DNA of 64,000 nt from NCBI GenBank assembly GCA_965208575.1, contig CBDBOV010000006.1:480001-544000 (forward strand). Direction: 5' to 3'. Below, one piece after another: positions 1 through 9,754 of the stretch (its first letter is position 1; each line of letters opens with the position of its first letter). A program made the translations under genes and the position numbers. The notes under the pieces are model-generated. The model had not been told where the DNA came from. It was given only the letters and a program-made list of their open reading frames with translations, and ran no database searches. Source of the DNA: Spirochaetia bacterium. Lineage in GTDB: Bacteria; Spirochaetota; Spirochaetia; SZUA-6; Bin103.

Positions 1-417
1 CGCCGAGTAGATGCCGACCGGCAGCGCGATCACCAGCCCGATGAGGATTGCCATGACACCCAGCTCAATGGTTACCGGCAGTCTAGCCAATATCTGTTCC
101 TCTACCGGCAAAGCGCCCAACAGTGACTCACCAAGGGCGCCCTGCAGGATACCTCTAAAGTGGGACTCACCGGTACTAGCGTCGGGGATCGGCAACACGC
201 CTAGCCAGCGTCCATACTGCACATGCACCGGCACGTCCAATCCCAGCATACGCTCAAGAGCTGCACGGTCTATCCTGTTAGACACGAACTCCTGCTTGCC
301 CATCATTGCGTCTATTATATCGCCCGGGATGAAGCGGACTGAGAGAAAGACCATGATCGTCAATAGAAACAGGGTGGGGATTATGAGCAGTAGCCTTCTG
401 ATGATATAGGCTCTCAT
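1..417 (-). CDS. ABC transporter permease, DppB/OppB-like (runs off window start)
   Basis: Minus-strand ATG at 417 reads MRAYIIRRLLLIIPTLFLL..., paralogous to the other DppB-like genes here. Confidence 0.9.
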   Translation of the reverse strand, partial: MRAYIIRRLLLIIPTLFLLTIMVFLSVRFIPGDIIDAMMGKQEFVSNRIDRAALERMLGLDVPVHVQYGRWLGVLPIPDASTGESHFRGILQGALGESLLGALPVEEQILARLPVTIELGVMAILIGLVIALPVGIYSA

Positions 418-617
418 CCGATACACCCCATTGCCAGTTACCCCGTCGCCGCGAGCCGCGATTTATCGGGACATGGGGCGCGCGGCGCGAGGCGTGGGGT
501 GTGACAAATCGAGGCCGCTCCTCGCAATGGGATGGTTATGGGAGCCGGGAGGCTGTCGCCTGCAGGCGCGCCTCCCAACTCCCGATTTCACAAAGTCAGT
601 CACAAGGGGTCAACCCC

Positions 618-2414
618 TTAGTTACCCATTGCCTCCTTCAGCTCGTGGTCAAGCCAGAAGCGGGCGTACTGGACATAGAACTCCCCGCCCCCAAAGGCGC
701 CTGAGTCCATTTCGCCGTTATAGCCTATGAGCCACGGCTGAGCAAAATAGAATTGTGGACCTCTAGGACCCCATATGCGGTAGTGCTTCTCTACCGCGTA
801 CATATCTGCTTCTGCAATCAGCCTCTTCTGCTCCTCGATGGTCTTAGCGGCCAGGGCGGCGTCGACCATGGCATCGAGCTCATGAAACTGGTGTCCGCTC
901 TTGTTAAGGGTCGGATGATCCGTGCGCAACCAGTCTACCATATCCTTGGGGTCGAACCTGGCGCCCGCAATGGCGGCGGTGATGCCTTCAAACTCACCCG
1001 AGGCTATCCTCTCGTTAAATGCGCTCCAAGCCAGATTATCAACCTCGACCTCGACGCCAATCTCAGCCCAGTAGGCGGCAGCTATTTGTGCATGGTCCAA
1101 ACTTGCCCCAAAAGGCCCGTAATTCAGGATGGTCTTGAATCTAATACCGTCTGCGTCGCGCGGATATCCCGCCTCATCAAGGAGCTTCTCGGCAGCTTCC
1201 GGGTCATACCGGTACCATTGCTTGACCTCGGCGGGCCACTCATCAAATGGGATGTAATACCCCTTATTCCCTATCAACCCGAACGGTGTCGGATCGGCTC
1301 GACCCGACCAGAGCGTAGCCGCCGAAGTCTCGTTGTCGAGTGCCAACTGCATTGCGTGGCGCACGTTGATGTCGTCAAAGGGCGGCTTACGAATGTCAAG
1401 TTCAAAAGAATCATTCGACCTGAAGTAGAAAAAGTACGTCTTGATTTCCGGGTTGGTCCGCTGTAGGCTCAGTACCGCGTCCAAGTCAGTTTCCTGCCGC
1501 TGGTAATCAAGCTTGCCGGCGCGTAGTGCTGCAAAAATTGATGCTAACTCTGGAATGACCAAAACCTTTAACTCGTCAACGTAGGGCAAGCGGTTTTTTG
1601 GGAATTTTTCGTCATGGCCCCAGTAGTCAGGGTTCTTGACCCAGGTGATAGAGGTGCCCGCGACCCGGTCAACCATCATAAAGGGCCCCGTGCCGACCAG
1701 GTTCCTCCAGTCCTTGACGTCGCCGTGTTGCTCGATTACCTCGGGGGGCAATATGAAAAAAGCGGGATCGACGAGCATACTCGTCAGCGCAGGGAGCCAC
1801 GGCTCCTTCAGCTTTATCACGACCGTCGCATCGTCGGTGGCCGTTATCGATTCCCATGGGACGTTTTTGGCTGGGAAAGGCATTTCGGTCGGTCCGGCCT
1901 CGCTGAACTCGCCCAGACCCAACACCCGGTTGTAGTTGTATGCGACATCAGCGGCAGTTAGCTCCCGACCGTTCATCGGTGCCTTATTATGCCAGTGAAC
2001 GCCCGGGCGGATGTGGAAGGTATAGGTGCGCCCGTCCGCGGAAATATCCCAGCTTTCCGCCAGCCTCCCGATTATGAATTCTTCAGGGAGGAATTGGCTT
2101 TTGAAGTCAAATACGTCCCTATCTATCCCCCAGTCCCCGATGCCGAGCTTCTCCACAACGCCTGAGATGACGTTGTTCCCCCAGTTGAAATAGGTGTCAG
2201 TAGACCATTCAGTACCAGACGTCCAGGGCTGGCTGGTGGTGATTGTCCCGCCGTACCGCGGTGCCAACACCACCTCGCCGGTGGTGGGGTCGGTCACATA
2301 CCGCTTCTCGGCGGCGGCTCCCGGCTCCTCCTCCGCGCCAGTGGCCCAGAGGCCGGATGCGGTCAAAACCAGGACCAGCGCAACCGAGAAGGTCTTTGCA
2401 ATGAACATCTTCAT
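618..2414 (-). CDS. ABC transporter substrate-binding protein, family 5 (SBP1)
   Basis: Signal peptide MKMFIAKTF...LWA-TGAEEE; LAESWD, GTGPF, NVRHAMQLALD, YDPEAAEKLLDEAG motifs; start trimmed to ATG 2414. Confidence 0.92.
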   Translation of the reverse strand: MKMFIAKTFSVALVLVLTASGLWATGAEEEPGAAAEKRYVTDPTTGEVVLAPRYGGTITTSQPWTSGTEWSTDTYFNWGNNVISGVVEKLGIGDWGIDRDVFDFKSQFLPEEFIIGRLAESWDISADGRTYTFHIRPGVHWHNKAPMNGRELTAADVAYNYNRVLGLGEFSEAGPTEMPFPAKNVPWESITATDDATVVIKLKEPWLPALTSMLVDPAFFILPPEVIEQHGDVKDWRNLVGTGPFMMVDRVAGTSITWVKNPDYWGHDEKFPKNRLPYVDELKVLVIPELASIFAALRAGKLDYQRQETDLDAVLSLQRTNPEIKTYFFYFRSNDSFELDIRKPPFDDINVRHAMQLALDNETSAATLWSGRADPTPFGLIGNKGYYIPFDEWPAEVKQWYRYDPEAAEKLLDEAGYPRDADGIRFKTILNYGPFGASLDHAQIAAAYWAEIGVEVEVDNLAWSAFNERIASGEFEGITAAIAGARFDPKDMVDWLRTDHPTLNKSGHQFHELDAMVDAALAAKTIEEQKRLIAEADMYAVEKHYRIWGPRGPQFYFAQPWLIGYNGEMDSGAFGGGEFYVQYARFWLDHELKEAMGN

Positions 2415-3000
2415 TGTTTCTCCATTCAAAGTGATTTTTGAGAGTATTGCGTAGCGGATTACCGCTCCCTGGCTACTCTCGGGCACGCAACGCGGACGGC
2501 CAGTCTGAGTCAGATTCACTAAGCGCGCGGCGTGTGACTCATCCGGGTGCACCCCGGCTCACGCCGCGCGCGCGTGCGGTTCTTTGAGTATCATTCGAAC
2601 CTTCTTCTTCTCTAGATCTGCGTCGGGATCTGCGTTACAACGCCACGCGTGGCGGTGGTCGGAGCAGCAGTGAGTCTGAGTGGCCGCCAACGCAGGCGGA
2701 GGGTTTTGCGCGCAGTTAGTCGCAGGCGGGGATCCGGCACCGCCTGAGTCGACGGGATGGGTGCGGGCGGTCTGGCGATCGACCGAGCCGGCGCCACCGA
2801 CAGCTACGGCGGCGGTGAAGGCGACGGCGTGCGCGGGGGCGCGTGCGCGGCGGTCAGCCGGAGCGGTCAGTTGTTTCTCGGTTCGAAAAAGTGGGGGCGC
2901 GGGCGTAGCAGGATGCACTGGCTGCGTCACAACTAAACCGGTCTCTGCGCTACCTGTCATCATGGCGCTTCATCGGCATCCGTCGAACCCCAGGCGAGAC

Positions 3001-3030
3001 ACGATAGAATAGGCGCGGCGCCCCTGTCAA
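3001..3030 (-). promoter_or_regulatory. Putative sigma70 promoter upstream of SBP1
   Basis: Minus strand TTGACA-18nt-TATCGT. Confidence 0.5.
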
Positions 3031-3082
3031 CGACTCGGCGGTCACCGAAAGGAAGGATGGTAGGACACGGTCTGATGATGGA

Positions 3083-4066
3083 CTACGGGCTATCCTTGCG
3101 TTCCAGCTTCTGCAGGGCACGGGTGGCGCGCTCGGCGGCGCGGGCGCCTACGCCGCCGGCCACCCCGCGGCCGCCGCGCAGGCGCGGGTCGAGCAGGTCG
3201 CGCAGCGCGTCGCCCACCATGTTCAGGCAGTACACCACCAGCGTCAGCGCCACCCCCGGCCACATCGCCAGCCGCGGCGCCATCTCCATGTACTGGCGCC
3301 CCTCACGGCTCAGCATCGTGCCCCAGCTCGGCACGTCCGGCGGCAGCCCGAAGCCCAGAAAGCTCAAGGACGCCTCCGCGATGATCGCCCAGCCGATGGT
3401 GATCGAGTAGATGATGATGATCGGCGCCGTGATGTTGGGCCACACGTGGCGCAGCAGCGTCCGCCACGACGGGCTGCCGATCGCATGCGCCGCCTCGAAG
3501 TAGGCGTTGCCCTTGATCCCGATCACCGCACCCCGCACCACCCGCGAGTTGGCCACCCCGGACGCCAGCGCCAGCATGCCGATGATCTGCGGGATGCCCT
3601 GGCCGACGATGGTCATGATGGTCAGCAGCAGCAGCAGGCCCGGAAACGACATCCAGGCGTCCACCAGCCGCTGCACCGCCAGGTCGACCTTGCCGCCCAC
3701 GAACCCCGCCACCCCGCCGATCAGCAGCGACACCACCACGCTCAGGGTGGTGGCGGCGAACCCCACCCCCAGCGACACCCGCGCCCCGTACAACAGGCGG
3801 CTGAACAGGTCGCGGCCGATGTGGTCGGTGCCCAGCGGGTAGGTGCCGGACGGCCCCTTGAGCCGGTCGATCATGGTCATTTCCATGAAGTGATACGGCG
3901 CCAGCAGGTCGGCGAAGATCGCCACCAGGCACAGCAGCAGCACGACCGCACCGCTGACCGCGCCCACCGGCCGCTCCCTGATCAGCCGGCGCAGCAGGTC
4001 GCGCAGGAACGACTGCCCCTTCACTCCTTTGGCCGGTAGCGCTTGCGGCACGGTCACCTCACCCAT
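3083..4066 (-). CDS. ABC transporter permease, DppC/OppC-like
   Basis: PLGTDHIGRDLFSRLLYGAR, EAA loop, EASLSFLGFG, PSWG, GDALRDLLDPR. Confidence 0.93.
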   Translation of the reverse strand: MGEVTVPQALPAKGVKGQSFLRDLLRRLIRERPVGAVSGAVVLLLCLVAIFADLLAPYHFMEMTMIDRLKGPSGTYPLGTDHIGRDLFSRLLYGARVSLGVGFAATTLSVVVSLLIGGVAGFVGGKVDLAVQRLVDAWMSFPGLLLLLTIMTIVGQGIPQIIGMLALASGVANSRVVRGAVIGIKGNAYFEAAHAIGSPSWRTLLRHVWPNITAPIIIIYSITIGWAIIAEASLSFLGFGLPPDVPSWGTMLSREGRQYMEMAPRLAMWPGVALTLVVYCLNMVGDALRDLLDPRLRGGRGVAGGVGARAAERATRALQKLERKDSP

Positions 4067-4078
4067 AGCGACACCCCG

Positions 4079-5044
4079 TCAGCCGTATTGGACGCGCGGG
4101 TCCAGGTAGGCGTACAGCACGTCGACCAGCAGGTTGATGACCATCACCGCGACGGCGAAGAACAGGTTGATCCCCGATATCAACGGGTAGTCGCGATCGG
4201 ACAGGGCATTGATCATCAGGCGTCCCAGGCCGGGGATGGCGAACATCTGCTCCATGATGACCGAGCCGCCGACGATGATCGGTATCTGCAGCCCTGCCAG
4301 CGTCACCACCGGAATGAGCGCGTTCTTGATGACGTGACGGAGGATGACCAGGCGCTCGCGCAGGCCCTTGGCCCAGGCGGTGCGAATGTAGTCCTGGCGG
4401 AGCACCTCGAGCATCATGGTACGGGTCATGCGCATGGTGCTGGCCGCCAGGTAGGTGCCGAGGATCAGACCCGGCACGATGAAGATGCCAAAGTGGCCGA
4501 CGAAGTCGTCGGTCAGGCGCACCAGGCGCAGCGGCGGCGACCACGCCCACCAGATCGCCGGGAAGATGAGGATGATGGTGGCCAGCCAGAAGTTGGGCGT
4601 CGCCAGACCGAAGATGGCGAAGGAGCGACCGACGTAGTCGCCCACCGTATCCTGCCGCACCGCCGAGTAGATGCCGATCGGCACCCCGATCAGCATCCCT
4701 ACGACCAGTGCCACCACGCCCAGCTCGATGGTGGTCGGCAGCCGCCCGGCGATCAGTTGACCGACCGGTTCCGCCTTCAACAGAGGCTTGCCCAGATCGC
4801 CGCGCAAGATTATGCCGCCCATCCAGCGGCCATACTGCACCGGCACCGGCACGTCGAGCCCCAGCCGCCGCTCAAGCTCCGCCCGGTCGATGTGGTCCCC
4901 GCCGCCGGCCCCAGCCTCCATCCGGTACAGAAGCGTGTCTATGGCATCCCCTGGTATGAACCGCACCGACAGGAACACCAGAATCGTCAGCAGGAAGAAG
5001 GTGGGGATCAGCAGCAGGACGCGGCGGATGACGTACGCCCTCAT
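4079..5044 (-). CDS. ABC transporter permease, DppB/OppB-like
   Basis: QDYIRTAWAKGL, HVIKNALIP, PGLGRL, DYP, YAYLDPR. Confidence 0.93.
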   Translation of the reverse strand: MRAYVIRRVLLLIPTFFLLTILVFLSVRFIPGDAIDTLLYRMEAGAGGGDHIDRAELERRLGLDVPVPVQYGRWMGGIILRGDLGKPLLKAEPVGQLIAGRLPTTIELGVVALVVGMLIGVPIGIYSAVRQDTVGDYVGRSFAIFGLATPNFWLATIILIFPAIWWAWSPPLRLVRLTDDFVGHFGIFIVPGLILGTYLAASTMRMTRTMMLEVLRQDYIRTAWAKGLRERLVILRHVIKNALIPVVTLAGLQIPIIVGGSVIMEQMFAIPGLGRLMINALSDRDYPLISGINLFFAVAVMVINLLVDVLYAYLDPRVQYG

Positions 5045-5206
5045 GTCGACGGAAGAACTGTCATTTCTTGCTGTTACTCCCCCTGGCGCAAATGAACTGG
5101 AGGGCGCGCGCCGGGAAGGCGCCCGACCCCCAGCTCGCGTCTACGGGTCAATTTCATTCAGGGAGCCGGCCCAAAGGCGGCCCTTGCTGGCTACGGCATT
5201 TCGCTC

Positions 5207-7012
5207 TCAGGATCCCATCTCGCGCTTCAGATCCTGATCGATCCAGAGGCGGGCGAAGATCGGCATTTTCTGAATATGGCCGAGATCACCTTCCCCGTTG
5301 TAGCCCTTGAGCCATGGCTGGCCGACATTGAACAGGGGAGCTCTCGGCCCCCGTATCACCCATATCCCCTCGGCGATGCGCAGGTCGGCCTTGCGCGCCC
5401 ACTCCTGCTGCTCCTCCAGCGTGGTGGCGGTCAGCATGTTCTGGAAGTACTCGTCAAACTCAGCGTCGATGACGTTCTGGTCCCGCCACCCGCTTGTCGA
5501 CGACGCATCGGAGATGTCAGAGATCACACCGGGATACTCGGCGCCATGCACATCCGTCCTCAACCCGAGATAGGGACAGTCAAACGGGTTCGAACTGCAC
5601 TCGATGCCCTTCTGCTGGTGTGTCGCGCGGGTAACCTCCTGGATCTCGACGTCGATGCCGATCTTCCTGAGGTAATCCATGGCGATCTGATAGTAGCCGA
5701 GGTCGAAGAACTCGTAGTGTTCGTAGACGGTCTTGAAACGCACGCCGTCCGCGCCGCGCGGAAGGCCGGCCTCGTCCAGCAGCTTCTCGGCCGCCTCGGG
5801 GTCGAACCGATACCACTGCGCGATCTCCTCGGGCCACTCTTCGAACGGCACCGCATACCCGAGCACAGCCCTGCCAAAACCGCCGACGGGCGTCGTATCG
5901 GACCACCCCTGATGGTAGGATTCCGAGATGGCGTCGAAGTCTATGGCCATGTTGAGGGCACGGCGCACGCGGATGTCGTTCCAAGGTGCGCTCTGGTTGT
6001 CAAACGTGAACGCCGTCTCCGCACGAAACGAAAACGTGGAAAACTGCAACTCGGGATTGGTCTCCTGCAGACTCAGGGCCTGGTCGACGCTGGAGAGGTG
6101 CGAGTTCGTTCCCCACCCCATCCAATCCGCCTGCCCAGAGCGCATCAGGGACAGCCTGGTAGCCGGGTCAGAGACGATCAGGAGCTCGATCTGATCGGCG
6201 TAGGGCAAACGGTTGTCGGGGAACTTCTCGTCGAAGCCCCAGTAGTCATCGATCCTGGTGTAGGTCCACGAACTTCCCTCCACCACGTCAGTAAGCTGGT
6301 AGGGCCCCGTTCCGGTCACGTTGCGCCAGTCTTGAATGTCCCCGAACTGCTCGACGACCTCGCGGGCGACGATGTAGGCATGATGAGAAACGGATAGTGT
6401 CTTCAAGGCCTCGAGAAAGGGCGCTTTCAACTTGACCACGACCGTGGAATCGTCGGGAGCGGTGATCGAATCCCAGTCCATCTTAGGCAGCTGTCCGATC
6501 CCTAAATCCTGCCCCGGCTCGCCGCCGTCAAAGCCCAGGAGCCGGTTGTAGCTGTATGCGACATCGTGGGCGGTCAGCTGCCGGCCGTTCACCGGCGCCT
6601 TGTCGTGCCAGAACACGTCGTCACGAATCTTGAACACGTAGGTGAGCGGATCCGGGTTCTCCCAGCTCTCAGCCAGCTGTCCGATGAGGACCTCGACGGG
6701 CAGGTAGAGCGTGTTATAACCGAACACACTCCGGTCGAATGACCAGTCGCCAATGCCCAGCTTCTCGTTGACCAGCCCGATCCAGCCCCCCGCGGAGTAA
6801 ACGAAGTAGGGGTCGATGCCCTCCGGCTTGCCGGCGACAAGCAATCTGATCGTGCCGCCATATTCGGGCGCGGTCACCATCTCGCCGGTGGCCGGGTCGA
6901 GCACCATCTCCTTCTCGGCCGCGGCCGCCGGCTGGTCGCTCTCGCCGCTGGCGAACGTAACGGTAGCCACCAGCGCGAACACCAGCGGCAGCAATAGGAG
7001 TCTTGGAGTCAT
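5207..7012 (-). CDS. ABC transporter substrate-binding protein, family 5 (SBP2)
   Basis: GAGGAGGAG RBS then MTPRLLLLPLVFALVATVTFA signal peptide; family-5 motifs. Confidence 0.93.
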   Translation of the reverse strand: MTPRLLLLPLVFALVATVTFASGESDQPAAAAEKEMVLDPATGEMVTAPEYGGTIRLLVAGKPEGIDPYFVYSAGGWIGLVNEKLGIGDWSFDRSVFGYNTLYLPVEVLIGQLAESWENPDPLTYVFKIRDDVFWHDKAPVNGRQLTAHDVAYSYNRLLGFDGGEPGQDLGIGQLPKMDWDSITAPDDSTVVVKLKAPFLEALKTLSVSHHAYIVAREVVEQFGDIQDWRNVTGTGPYQLTDVVEGSSWTYTRIDDYWGFDEKFPDNRLPYADQIELLIVSDPATRLSLMRSGQADWMGWGTNSHLSSVDQALSLQETNPELQFSTFSFRAETAFTFDNQSAPWNDIRVRRALNMAIDFDAISESYHQGWSDTTPVGGFGRAVLGYAVPFEEWPEEIAQWYRFDPEAAEKLLDEAGLPRGADGVRFKTVYEHYEFFDLGYYQIAMDYLRKIGIDVEIQEVTRATHQQKGIECSSNPFDCPYLGLRTDVHGAEYPGVISDISDASSTSGWRDQNVIDAEFDEYFQNMLTATTLEEQQEWARKADLRIAEGIWVIRGPRAPLFNVGQPWLKGYNGEGDLGHIQKMPIFARLWIDQDLKREMGS

Positions 7013-7219
7013 AACGTAACTCCTCCTCGTTTTCGGGAGACGGGACCGGGTTCCGTCGCCCGTGGTCTTGGACCGGAGACTCCGGCCTTCTCGAATGGTC
7101 CTTGTATTCACGGCGCGGGGTATTGGAGCGGTAGGTGTGGATATGGACGGGAGCCGCTAGCAGCCCGTGGTGGAACCCGGCGTAGCACCGAGAGCGGCGA
7201 GGCGCCCGGCTGGCAAGGC

Positions 7220-9219
7220 GTCCGGGTAGCCCAGGGCGGTTGCCCGCCCCAGGCCCCCACAGTCCCGTGCGAGCGCGATTGACGCACACGGTTCCTCAGG
7301 TCGTAGAGTTCGCTGCATAGATGGACTGGACGACACGAACGGCCGGCAGCGGATATCGGGCCAGCAACCGCGCAAAGCAGGCCCACGTGAGGCGTCGTCC
7401 ACCGCGCCGGTTCAGCCACTTCAACCAGAGGCGCTTGGCGGCGTCGTGGAAGTACCCCAACGAGCGCCCATTGCCGGTAATGCCGTAATACCCATAGTGG
7501 CCCAGCAGCTTGCGCCGGAGGGCCGCTTGCTGCGCCCGCAGAGGCTCGTGCCGATGGCGCTTACACCACACGGCGAGTGCTCGTAACGCACGGGTCAGCC
7601 GGTCGGAGGCGGTTTTCCGCTTCACGATCCACTTCCCGTTGCGCGAGCGCCCCCAATAGTGCGTGAATCCCAAGAATGGAAAACTCGCCCCGTGGTGGGC
7701 TGTCGCGTTCCCTCCCGGCGGTCGAAACTGAAGCATCCGTGTCTTTTCCTCGTGCACGGTCAACCCGTACTTCGCGAAGCGCTTTGGTAACACGCGCAGC
7801 ACGTTCTCGGCATCGCGCCGGTCGCTGAACGTCAGTACCGCATCGTCCGCAAAACGCACCAGGAACGCCCGCCCCCGCAGGCGCGGTCGGACCACCTCAT
7901 AGAACCATCGGTCGAGTACCTCGTGCAGATAAACATTGCTGAGCAACGGCGATAGTACGCCACCTTGCGGTGTCCCCTGCTCCGGGTAGGTCACTGAGCC
8001 ATCTTCCATGACCCCTGCCTTTAGCCATTTTCCGATCAATCGTGTGATCACTCCATCTCGCATCCGCTGTGCCAGAATCGTGCGCATGGTAGCGTGTGAC
8101 AGCGTGTCGAAATACTTTCGTATGTCCAGGTCTATCACCCAACCGCCCCCTTGACCCATCATCTGGTCCCAGAGTGCTTGCAGCGCCGTGTGCGGCGATC
8201 GCTTCGGGCGAAAGCCGTGTGCACAGCTTAGAAAGTCTCGCTCGTACAGGGGCTCAAGCAGCATCTGTACCGCCCGCTGAAGTACCTTGTCCTCGAAGGT
8301 CGGTATCCCGATCGGGCGGGTTTCTCCGCCCTTCCCTTTCGGAATGTGCGCCCGCCTTACCGGCGGCGCGCGGTACGTTCCCGCCTTCGCCCGCTCCAGC
8401 AGTGATTTCAAATTCTGCTCCAGGTTCTCCCCGTACTGCTCGGCAGTCTGTTCGTCAACTCCAACTGCACCATCCTTCCGGGTACGCCGGTAGGCTTCGT
8501 ACAGCCACTCCAGATCCATGTGATACGCCAGCGACGTGAATGCCACGCCGGCGTGGATTCTCGCGTTCTCTGCTATCTGCTGCTGTTTCGTTAACACGTT
8601 CCCGGATTCCATCGCATCCTCCATGTTTCCCCGCACCAGTTCTACGACTTGACGCCCTCCTTCCCTCCGCCGGGTCCGGTGCGGCGACCGTTCCCCCGCT
8701 TCCTCGGTACTATGGGGGCGCTAAGACTGCTCGTTGCCCTTCCCGCCGCGCTTCGTTGCCTTCGCTTGGCGGTACCACGACCGCACCCGCTGCTTCGCTC
8801 CTGCACGTTCACGGGCGCTCTCCCGTGCAGGCCCGGACGTTGGTGTGCCGGCGTCCCTCCGGCTCTCCCGTCATGGAGACATCGAGCTCTCCCAGGTTCC
8901 TGGGCCACCCGCTCCGCATCTGCCCTGCTCTCCGACCCCGACCGGGCCGCCGTGCCTCGCCATTTCGGCACGTACGGTGCTGCCCCCGCATTGTCGACTA
9001 CGAAGGCCCCAGCGAGCTTTCTCCTTTCGAGGCTCAATCACACGGCTTCTGCGGTCGCTGTCTACGCTTCGCCCTCAGGGTCGCCCCTGCCGACGCAAGA
9101 CTCGCTTCCGGCTGCTTGCTATGCTTTACCGGATGGGATTGGCTACCCACGGGGTGGCTAAGAAAGGTTTCTGATGTCTATTTCATCTTCCTCCTTCCCC
9201 AGGCTTGGCCTGGCGCGAC
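7220..9219 (-). mobile_element. Group II intron (~2.0 kb)
   Basis: RT/maturase ORF followed by domain V/VI-like GAACCGTGTGCG...CGCACGG...GGGCAACCGCCCTGGGCTACCCGGAC; 5' end GTCGCGCC; flanks rejoin to resemble the intron-less paralogous leader near 25441-25460. Confidence 0.88.
7296..8636 (-). CDS. ltrA: Group II intron reverse transcriptase/maturase, no obvious endonuclease domain
   Basis: RPIGIPTFEDKVLQ, HGFRP, IDLDIRKYFD, GTPQGGVLSPLLSN, RFADD, FLGF, maturase GHYGYY. Confidence 0.93.
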   Translation of the reverse strand: MRGNMEDAMESGNVLTKQQQIAENARIHAGVAFTSLAYHMDLEWLYEAYRRTRKDGAVGVDEQTAEQYGENLEQNLKSLLERAKAGTYRAPPVRRAHIPKGKGGETRPIGIPTFEDKVLQRAVQMLLEPLYERDFLSCAHGFRPKRSPHTALQALWDQMMGQGGGWVIDLDIRKYFDTLSHATMRTILAQRMRDGVITRLIGKWLKAGVMEDGSVTYPEQGTPQGGVLSPLLSNVYLHEVLDRWFYEVVRPRLRGRAFLVRFADDAVLTFSDRRDAENVLRVLPKRFAKYGLTVHEEKTRMLQFRPPGGNATAHHGASFPFLGFTHYWGRSRNGKWIVKRKTASDRLTRALRALAVWCKRHRHEPLRAQQAALRRKLLGHYGYYGITGNGRSLGYFHDAAKRLWLKWLNRRGGRRLTWACFARLLARYPLPAVRVVQSIYAANSTT

Positions 9220-9595
9220 GACGAACGAGCATATCCGGGCGCAGGAGTCTGTCGGGTGACGACAGGCTCCTGCGCGCAGGTTGGGATGGGCCGAAAGCGG
9301 CGTCCGTTGGACGGCGCTTTCGGGGCGATATGTGAGCGAGGAGCAAACGCAGCCAGCCGGGATGGATCGCCGCTCGAATGCAGCCGGAGCTCCACCACGG
9401 GCTGCTCGGTCGTCAGCGGCGCGGATGGTGGCAGAGCGGTGGACGTGGCTCGGTGGGCGTAGCGAACGGTCAGTTACCGGGTGCTTGGTTTGTTGGACGG
9501 AGCAGGACGGAGCGCTGGCGCTTGCAGCGAACCGGCGGCTGCGGCGGGCTGTGCAATCGCGCTTCATCCGCGCTTGTCCTCCTCCCGGAGCCATC

Positions 9596-9623
9596 ACTCT
9601 ACCACACGCCCGGCCACCGTCAA
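9596..9623 (-). promoter_or_regulatory. Conserved SBP promoter (SBP2 copy)
   Basis: TTGACG-16nt-TAGAGT with TGn extended -10; conserved upstream of six SBP genes. Confidence 0.65.
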
Positions 9624-9754
9624 GCCGCCGCATTGACTCATCGAAAATCTAACCGTAGCGAAAGCATGCCTCATCTAAAAATCTAACCGAACGGGCTGGA
9701 CCTTCCGGGTCCGGTTGGAGCCTCTCCGAGGGACGTGAGGAGGTTCCGGAGGAG

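Larger units (their letters stand above)
7160..9405. mobile_element. MITE-like element (246 bp) interrupted by a group II intron
   Basis: 14-bp terminal inverted repeats GCAGCCCGTGGTGG / CCACCACGGGCTGC; uninterrupted copy at 25388-25634; absent from other leader copies. Confidence 0.6.

Noticed and set aside
7296-8636. Reverse transcriptase as a DGR or retron diversifying the SBPs
   Set aside because: It has group II intron motifs with domain V/VI downstream; no template/variable repeat pair with adenine-specific differences was seen
9240-9480. Known riboswitch, T-box or tRNA in the leader hairpins
   Set aside because: No consensus of a family I recognise; an Rfam scan is needed
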